Source of the DNA: an uncultured virus (IMG/VR IMGVR_UViG_3300044675_004257)
Taxonomy: Duplodnaviria; Heunggongvirae; Uroviricota; Caudoviricetes
Strand: one strand, 5' to 3'
Virus record (IMG/VR): IMGVR_UViG_3300044675_004257
Location: 1 to 64,000 of that record
Length of the DNA: 64,000 bases
Shown: piece after piece, positions 57,596-64,000 of the stretch
How positions within the stretch are numbered: the first letter of the stretch is position 1
Layout: each line of letters opens with the position of its first letter
Translations under genes and position numbers: made by a program
The notes under the pieces: model-generated
The model's database searches: none
The model's input: only the letters and a program-made list of their open reading frames with translations
What the model was told of the DNA's origin: nothing

Positions 57596-58717
57596 ATGAG
57601 TTACTACATGAAGTCAGGCAATACATTTCGTATTGCCACTAGAGAATCAATGGACCTGCATGAGGTATTGCCTGCTGGCAACTATGTTGTCAAGCAGGAT
57701 CCATTCGAAAATTTCTATATCGAACAGATTGAGAATTTCGATGTGCCTACAAAATTGTATGGTGATACGATTCGCAACACTGAACGTATCATCAACAGTT
57801 TTTGGAATCGTGAGAAATCCACAGGTGTAATGCTTGTGGGTGAAAAAGGTTCAGGTAAAACCTTGCTGAGTAAAAACATTTGTATTGAAATGTCCAAACA
57901 AAATGTGCCAACTATTGTTATCAATGCTTCATGGCACGGTGATAAATTCAATACACTGATTCAATCTATTCAGCAACCATGTATTGTAATGTTTGATGAG
58001 TTTGAGAAGGTGTATAACAGTGAAGAACAAGAAGCATTGCTGACATTATTGGATGGAATTTATTCAACCAAGAAATTGTTTATGTTGACCAGTAATGATA
58101 AATGGCGTGTTGATTCGCATATGCGTAACCGACCAGGTCGTATCTTCTATATGGTTAACTTCAAAGGTTTGGATGAGGCATTCATTCGTGAGTACTGTGC
58201 TGATAACTTGAATGATAAATCACACACAGAACGAATTGTAAACATTGCTTCTGTATTCTCAGCATTTAACTTTGATATGTTGAAGGCAATGATTGAAGAA
58301 ATGAATCGTTACAATGAATCGCCACAAGATGCAATGCGTATTCTTAACGTGAAGGCCGAGTTTGATTCTGGTGCTACATATACTATTGAAGTCTATCGTG
58401 GTGACCGTAAGGCTGACCGTGTGAGTCCAACACAATGGACAGGTACACCATTGTCATCAAAAGATATCAGTGTCAGTTATTGGTTCAAATCTTTAAAGAA
58501 GGTGGAACCACAACTAAAAAAAGGTTCGCAACTCTTGTCCCCAGTGGTCGATGATGATGAACACGGTGAAGATTCGGGTTGGAACGAAAGAGATTTCGGT
58601 AACGATGACTTGGTGAAATTCAACAACAAGACTGGCCAGTTTATCTTTGAGAAAAATGGCACTACCATTATTTTAATGAAAGAATCACCTAAGTATTTCA
58701 ACTTCGATGCATTTTAA
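57596..58717 (+). CDS. AAA+ ATPase
   Basis: GEKGSGKT, MFDEFEK, LLTLLDG and NRPGRI motifs. Confidence 0.9.
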   Translation: MSYYMKSGNTFRIATRESMDLHEVLPAGNYVVKQDPFENFYIEQIENFDVPTKLYGDTIRNTERIINSFWNREKSTGVMLVGEKGSGKTLLSKNICIEMSKQNVPTIVINASWHGDKFNTLIQSIQQPCIVMFDEFEKVYNSEEQEALLTLLDGIYSTKKLFMLTSNDKWRVDSHMRNRPGRIFYMVNFKGLDEAFIREYCADNLNDKSHTERIVNIASVFSAFNFDMLKAMIEEMNRYNESPQDAMRILNVKAEFDSGATYTIEVYRGDRKADRVSPTQWTGTPLSSKDISVSYWFKSLKKVEPQLKKGSQLLSPVVDDDEHGEDSGWNERDFGNDDLVKFNNKTGQFIFEKNGTTIILMKESPKYFNFDAF

Positions 58718-58726
58718 GGATTAAAT

Positions 58727-58981
58727 ATGAGTACAGAAGAAGATAAAATCAAACACTCAAAACGTTTGCAGAATGATGAGATTGCCATCAAAAAACAAAT
58801 GAAAATTGCCAAACGCCACGGCATAGATGTTAAAGAACCTCACAAGTTTGCCAAACATCATGCCATGGATTGTGGAAACCCTGAATGTGGATTGTGTGGT
58901 AATCCTAGGCATATATCTAAAGATAGCCTCACAATCCAAGAGAAATCCTTTAAACAAACCGAAAAGTGGGAGACGGAATGA
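58727..58981 (+). CDS. Small Zn-binding hypothetical protein
   Basis: CGNPECGLCGNPR. Confidence 0.7.
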   Translation: MSTEEDKIKHSKRLQNDEIAIKKQMKIAKRHGIDVKEPHKFAKHHAMDCGNPECGLCGNPRHISKDSLTIQEKSFKQTEKWETE

Positions 58982-59058
58982 TTGTTTTAGTAGTACTTGC
59001 CATTGAGTTGATTTTCATGTATAATACCAATATGTGGATGTCATAACTGGAGAAAAAT

Positions 59059-60201
59059 ATGAGTTTAAACCGCAATCAAACCGCTTTTGTTAAAGCAGCC
59101 GAAGAATTGTATGGCACAGGTTCTATTTTGACCCGTGACGGCATTCAACAAGTTATTGAAGAAAATGACCTTTCTTTTCCACACTGGTTTGTAACCAAGT
59201 CTGATTATAGAGTTGGTCGAGGAGAATATAAATTGCCTAACATCGGCACCAAGAAAACAATTGTTAAAGAACCTGAACTTGAAATTGCATTGGCTGCACA
59301 AGTTTTAGAATTCAAACAACCTAAACTAGTTGATGACTCTGACGTATCAATTCCTACAAAGTATAAAGATTATGTGCCATTTGGATTTTTTAAAGATTTG
59401 CGTAATATCATTAAGTCTGATTTGTTTTATCCTGTGTTCATTACAGGCCTTTCAGGTAATGGTAAAACCCTCATGGTGGAACAATCTTGCTCGGAGCTCG
59501 GGCGGGAGTGCATTAGAGTTAACATTAGTATTGAAACTGATGAATCGGATTTGCTCGGTGGTCCTACTCTTGTTAATGGGAACGTTGTTAATCGTGACGG
59601 TCCTGTTATTACAGCAATGAAGCGTGGCGCCATTCTGTTGATTGATGAAGTTGACCGTGGTTCTAATAAGTTGATGTGTTTGCAAGGTATCTTAGAAGGC
59701 AAACCATACTACAACAAGAAAAACGGTGAGATGGTATATCCAAAAGATGGGTTCAACGTCATTGCTACTGCAAACACTAAAGGTCGTGGTAGTGAAGAAG
59801 GTCGTTACCTTTCACAGATTCTAGATGATGCATTCCTAGAACGTTTCCCTATTACAGTTGAACAGGAATATCCTGATGTTAAGACTGAAAAGAAAATACT
59901 TTCACCATTGATTGCTGACCAGGATTTTGTTGAGAAGTTGACACAATGGGCTGATATTGTTCGACAATCATTTGACCAAGGTGCTGTTGATGAAGTTATC
60001 TCCACACGCCGTTTGGTCCACATTGCTAAAGCATTTAAAATCTTTGGTGACCGAATGAAAGCTATTGAACTATGCGTGGCACGGTTCGACACAGACACCA
60101 AAATGGCGTTCCTCGACTTGTATTCCAAGGTTGATGCGAAAGTTGATGCTCCCGTAGGAAAAGCCCCTACGGTGGTAAATACGGATGAAATTCCATTCTG
60201 A
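59059..60201 (+). CDS. CobS/MoxR-like AAA+ ATPase
   Basis: TGLSGNGKT, ETDESDLLGG, LLIDEVD, TANTKG and AFLERF motifs; promoter at 58997. Confidence 0.9.
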   Translation: MSLNRNQTAFVKAAEELYGTGSILTRDGIQQVIEENDLSFPHWFVTKSDYRVGRGEYKLPNIGTKKTIVKEPELEIALAAQVLEFKQPKLVDDSDVSIPTKYKDYVPFGFFKDLRNIIKSDLFYPVFITGLSGNGKTLMVEQSCSELGRECIRVNISIETDESDLLGGPTLVNGNVVNRDGPVITAMKRGAILLIDEVDRGSNKLMCLQGILEGKPYYNKKNGEMVYPKDGFNVIATANTKGRGSEEGRYLSQILDDAFLERFPITVEQEYPDVKTEKKILSPLIADQDFVEKLTQWADIVRQSFDQGAVDEVISTRRLVHIAKAFKIFGDRMKAIELCVARFDTDTKMAFLDLYSKVDAKVDAPVGKAPTVVNTDEIPF

Positions 60202-60297
60202 TGTAAAAAAACAACACTGGATGGTTGCCAACATGCCATCTTTGTGTTATAATTCATATGTTGGTACTCTTATCATGTAATTTTGAAAGGACTTAAA

Positions 60298-60621
60298 ATG
60301 TCAAACACCGTTCGCTCAGGCAAACAAAATCGCCACGAAAAAATCACCGTAACCCTTTTGTCAGGTAAACCTGTATCTCCCGATGAGATTAAGTCCTGTT
60401 TCAAAGGCACGGATCAAGAAGCGGTTCTCTATCGCTTATCCACAAACATCTATAACATCCGCAAAGATGGCGGTATCATCAAGGTGCATAAAACCGGCCG
60501 TGCTGTAACAGCATATCAGTTGGTTAATTATACCGAGTTTGATAAGAATGGTCGTTATGTTGGCGCACCTAAAACAACACCTGTTGCACAACCAACAACT
60601 ACTGAAACTGCTGAAGCCTAA
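60298..60621 (+). CDS. Putative winged-HTH protein
   Basis: YRLSTNIYNIRKDGGII..AYQL; own promoter at 60225. Confidence 0.55.
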   Translation: MSNTVRSGKQNRHEKITVTLLSGKPVSPDEIKSCFKGTDQEAVLYRLSTNIYNIRKDGGIIKVHKTGRAVTAYQLVNYTEFDKNGRYVGAPKTTPVAQPTTTETAEA

Positions 60622-62919
60622 TGCTTCGTCCCACTATAAACGGAGAAGTTATGAACTGGTCTAAATTTTTGATGCGAGCAGCAATAGTTGCATTCCTACT
60701 TTCTTTGAATTCATTATTTGTTATGTTGCTTTGGAATATGTTTCTTATTCCCGCAATTAATGGTGTGAATGAAATAGGTTTTATCACAGCAATGGGTTTA
60801 ACTGCTCTTTTTGGCATTCTATTTAAAGACAATGGCATCAAGGCGAACTTCAATGAATAAGTGGGACCGAGATAACCTGGATTTTATTATGAATACGACC
60901 AATGAAGGTTTTGATGAATGGCTGGATCAAGCCGATAACGATGATGTTGCCTATGCATTAGAATTAATTCGTATGGCAAAAGCTGAATTGATGATTCAGG
61001 AAATGGAATTCACTGATGATGTGTCTAATTTTACTGAAGCATCACAGTTAATTGAAAGGATTAAAAATGTTTAACAAAACTTTGAGATATGGTATGTTTA
61101 CTATTCTTTTTTTAGTGATAGCTGCGTGTTCAACTCCCAAATTGGATGGTTTCGAAAAAGCAAAGGTCATTGAACGTGCTGAAGTAATTCGGTCGTCTAA
61201 AGATTGTATAGACGCAAAAATGCGTCCAGTGATTCAAACACTGCCGCAGAAAACGGATCATGGCACAATCATGTATCCAGTTTCTGTTCAATGTGAAGTG
61301 GCTTATCGTCAATAAGGTGATTTAAATGTATTCCGAAATCGTCAATGATTCTGGTATTTCCCAACACACAATGGAAATCATTGTATTTGGTGCTATTGGT
61401 GTATTTGTTCTTGGTCTTGTTTTCTTTCTTTGGTGGAAACAAATCATCATTGGTGTTATGGCTTTAGCTGCGGTTGTTGTCTTGGCCAATCACAGACCAA
61501 AAACACCAGTGGTGCCTAAAGTTGAGCAAGAGCAAATCATCATTGAAAAGGTAATTATTCCTGAAAATCCTGTCCATATTGAATTAGATGAAAAGAAGAT
61601 TCAAGAAGGTGTGGATCCACAACCGACCAACAAAGAAGAATTGATGACAAAACCAGAAGATGATAGAAAATATTTCATCGAGGATTGCCTACAATTTACA
61701 GACTATAATAAATCTCAGTGTGAGGCAATTTGGGATAAGAAAGACACCTCTGAAACCAAGTTGTTAGATGTTGAGAATGTAAAATATAAACAACGGCGTG
61801 CTGAAGCATTAAAGAAACCTAATGCTGTTGTTGCACACTACACATTAAGATAAGGAGTTAGTATGATGATTAGTTTGTACCGTGGTATTGTTGATATTCT
61901 TACCAATCAAACAGAAATTTTGAATAAACAGTTTATCAAACACATTCGCACCTTTAATGATGGTGACCCTACAGAAAACTTTGGCACAGCAGGATTCTGG
62001 AATCTGATGCTTGAAGTGACCTATATTTTTTATGTAAAATGTTTTGTTGCAGTTGGCATTGGCATTACACTTGCATTGGCTGTTGTTTTCTTTCCATTGT
62101 ATGCTTTACGTAAAGCAACCAGTGGTGCATTTATGGGTGCTATGCCAAGATATGAACAACCAATGACATACGAAGAACCAAAGATTGAACCTATTCAGGA
62201 GAAAAAATAATGGCTACATGGAGTATTAAACCGGAATGGAAAAAATCCATTATTGAACGTAATCATCTATCATTAGGTGATAATAAAATTGTGATTGAAA
62301 CTGGTTGGCGATGGGGTGAATTTCACATTCAAACGCCGCCGTCTGATGGTGATACACCGCCAGTATTGGAAGAAGGTGTAGATTTATATAGTTGTGGTTA
62401 TGATTGTGAGATGATTGAATTGGATGATGGTTGTTGGGAAGAACACGATTTCGATGACTGTGATGATGAAACCCGTGAATGGTTAGAAAACTTCTTTGAA
62501 GAAGGTAATTCATGGTTAGACCTTGAAGATAATGGTTGGTCTAATGATGATTGTGAGATGATTATCAACTGTGAAATGGCCATTGAAAGAGTGGACTAAT
62601 GGCTATTATTGATCCATGGAATTTGCCTATTGATATTAAAGAAATGGAATATGCCATCAAAGGCAATATGATTAAAGCGCAACTTATTGTTAGTGACTTG
62701 GAACAGTTGCGGATGAATGTTGCAACATTTCAGGATGATATCAAACAAAGGTTGTTAATAGTCCTGCTGGATGAATTGATGAAAACTAAAAGTGTTGAAT
62801 TTACAAAGATGCCTCACCACAGCCATGGCCTTACATATTTCCGAGCAAGGATGTTTGCCGTGCCTGATGACCAGGTAAGGATCCTACGTGTGTCGCAATT
62901 AAACAACAGTGTGGCTTGA
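60621..62919 (+). other. Run of small hypothetical ORFs (60621-60860 membrane, 60853-61074, 61067-61315 lipoprotein, 61326-61853 membrane, 61863-62210 membrane, 62210-62599 acidic, 62599-62919)
   Basis: Tightly coupled ORFs; lipobox IAAC in 61067. Confidence 0.65.
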
Positions 62920-62966
62920 CATATATAACTACCCATGTTATAATATCACCATAAGGAAATAATACT

Positions 62967-63893
62967 ATGAAGATTGCAGTTTGTTCAGATATTCACCTAG
63001 AATTTGGTACTATCAGCCTCGACAATACCGAAGGTGCTGATGTACTCATTCTTGGCGGTGATATTTGTGTTGCTAAAGATTTAAATACAAGGGACGAATA
63101 TGCGCTTGCTGACCGCTTTGGCCGCTCTGAGGCGTGGCATACATTCTTTCAAGAATGCTCTGCTAGATTCCCTCATGTTATCTACATCGCTGGAAATCAC
63201 GAACATTATCACGGTGATTTTAGGGATACTATTACAAGGCTTCGTGATAAGCTTGGTTATCTACGCAATTTACATATCTTAGATAAACAAATTCTAACTG
63301 TTGATGATGTAACATTCATTGGCGGTACTTTGTGGACTGATATGAACAAGGAAGATCCAATTACATTGTTGCACATGAAAGGCATGATGAATGACTTCCG
63401 TTGTGTAGATAATAGTGACCGTGTGGTCAACTACAAAGCACCAATCTACAAAAAAGATGGGAATGGTGAATACATCACACAAAAAATTGGTGAAGTAAAT
63501 TCATTGATTGAAGATGGTTTTGAATTCAAGCAACGTGTTTCTCGGTTCTCACCAGAAGATTCGGTTGAAGACCATCGTAAAATGTTGGGTTACATTCAGT
63601 CTGTGATTGAAGGTAAGTTTGATGAAAAGTTTGTTGTTGTGGGTCACCATGCACCAAGCAAATCATCAACCCATCCTCGTTATGCTGATGAACAGATTAT
63701 GAATGGTGGTTATAGTAGCGCATTGGACGAATACATCATGGATCATCCACAAATCAAATTGTGGACTCATGGTCATACACATGAAGATTTCGACTATATG
63801 GTTGGTTCTACTCGTATTGTTTGTAACCCCCGTGGTTATGATGCATATGAAGACCGTGCTGATAGATTTCAATTGAAATTTGTGGAGGTTTGA
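62967..63893 (+). CDS. Calcineurin-like metallophosphoesterase
   Basis: SDIHLE, GGD, AGNHE, HHAP, HGHTH and NPRGY motifs; promoter TTGACA-17-TATAAT at 62916. Confidence 0.92.
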   Translation: MKIAVCSDIHLEFGTISLDNTEGADVLILGGDICVAKDLNTRDEYALADRFGRSEAWHTFFQECSARFPHVIYIAGNHEHYHGDFRDTITRLRDKLGYLRNLHILDKQILTVDDVTFIGGTLWTDMNKEDPITLLHMKGMMNDFRCVDNSDRVVNYKAPIYKKDGNGEYITQKIGEVNSLIEDGFEFKQRVSRFSPEDSVEDHRKMLGYIQSVIEGKFDEKFVVVGHHAPSKSSTHPRYADEQIMNGGYSSALDEYIMDHPQIKLWTHGHTHEDFDYMVGSTRIVCNPRGYDAYEDRADRFQLKFVEV

Positions 63894-64000
63894 TGAACGA
63901 ACAACTTAGAGAACTTGTCCGAGAATCTTACCTAGATGTATATGGTCTAGGCAAAGAACGGTATAAGTGGGAATATACAATTGAGAAATTCACCGAGATG
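63893..64000 (+). CDS. MNERI-family small protein, truncated by window end
   Basis: MNEQLREL...EKFTEM. Confidence 0.55.
   Translation, partial: MNEQLRELVRESYLDVYGLGKERYKWEYTIEKFTEM

Noticed and set aside
60152..60172. Hairpin CCGTAGG/CCTACGG as a terminator
   Set aside because: It lies inside the CobS-like coding region and has no U-tract.
1..64000. Stop-codon reassignment
   Set aside because: Core genes are full length in the standard code and TAA, TGA and TAG all terminate genes; no suppressor tRNA was seen.

Overview
A 64-kb segment of a large, AT-rich T4-like myophage genome in standard genetic code, with no CRISPR, rRNA or integrase. The host is probably a diderm proteobacterium, inferred from spanins, a GH19 endolysin, IscU/ErpA and a PBP7-like gene. 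The left part (1-41 kb) carries a truncated carbamoyltransferase, a tRNA cluster, GroES, core replication genes (gp43, UvsX, gp41, gp61, RNase H), nucleotide metabolism (ThyX, NrdA/B, thioredoxin), a glycosyl/methyltransferase block, putative head-packaged proteins with T4-type capsid-targeting N-termini, and a lysis cassette. The right part (41-64 kb) is a hyperplastic early region of small ORFs behind near-consensus sigma70 promoters, with rIIA/rIIB, AAA ATPases and a short inverted island. The most notable signals read directly from the DNA are: (1) a 67-nt non-canonical tRNA-Gly-like RNA (Gly acceptor stem, ACC anticodon, no D-loop GG or TTC) behind two normal tRNA-Gly genes; (2) five phased DnaA boxes near the transcription divergence point; (3) a -1 frameshift signal (A AAA AAG plus 11-bp stem) opening a start-less ORF; (4) an RNA-ligase-like gene next to a nucleotidyltransferase/kinase gene, both capsid-tagged; (5) two families of palindromic operators at early promoters; and (6) a translationally coupled MNERI...FGVEE cassette array. 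All family assignments are from motif recognition only; no searches were run.
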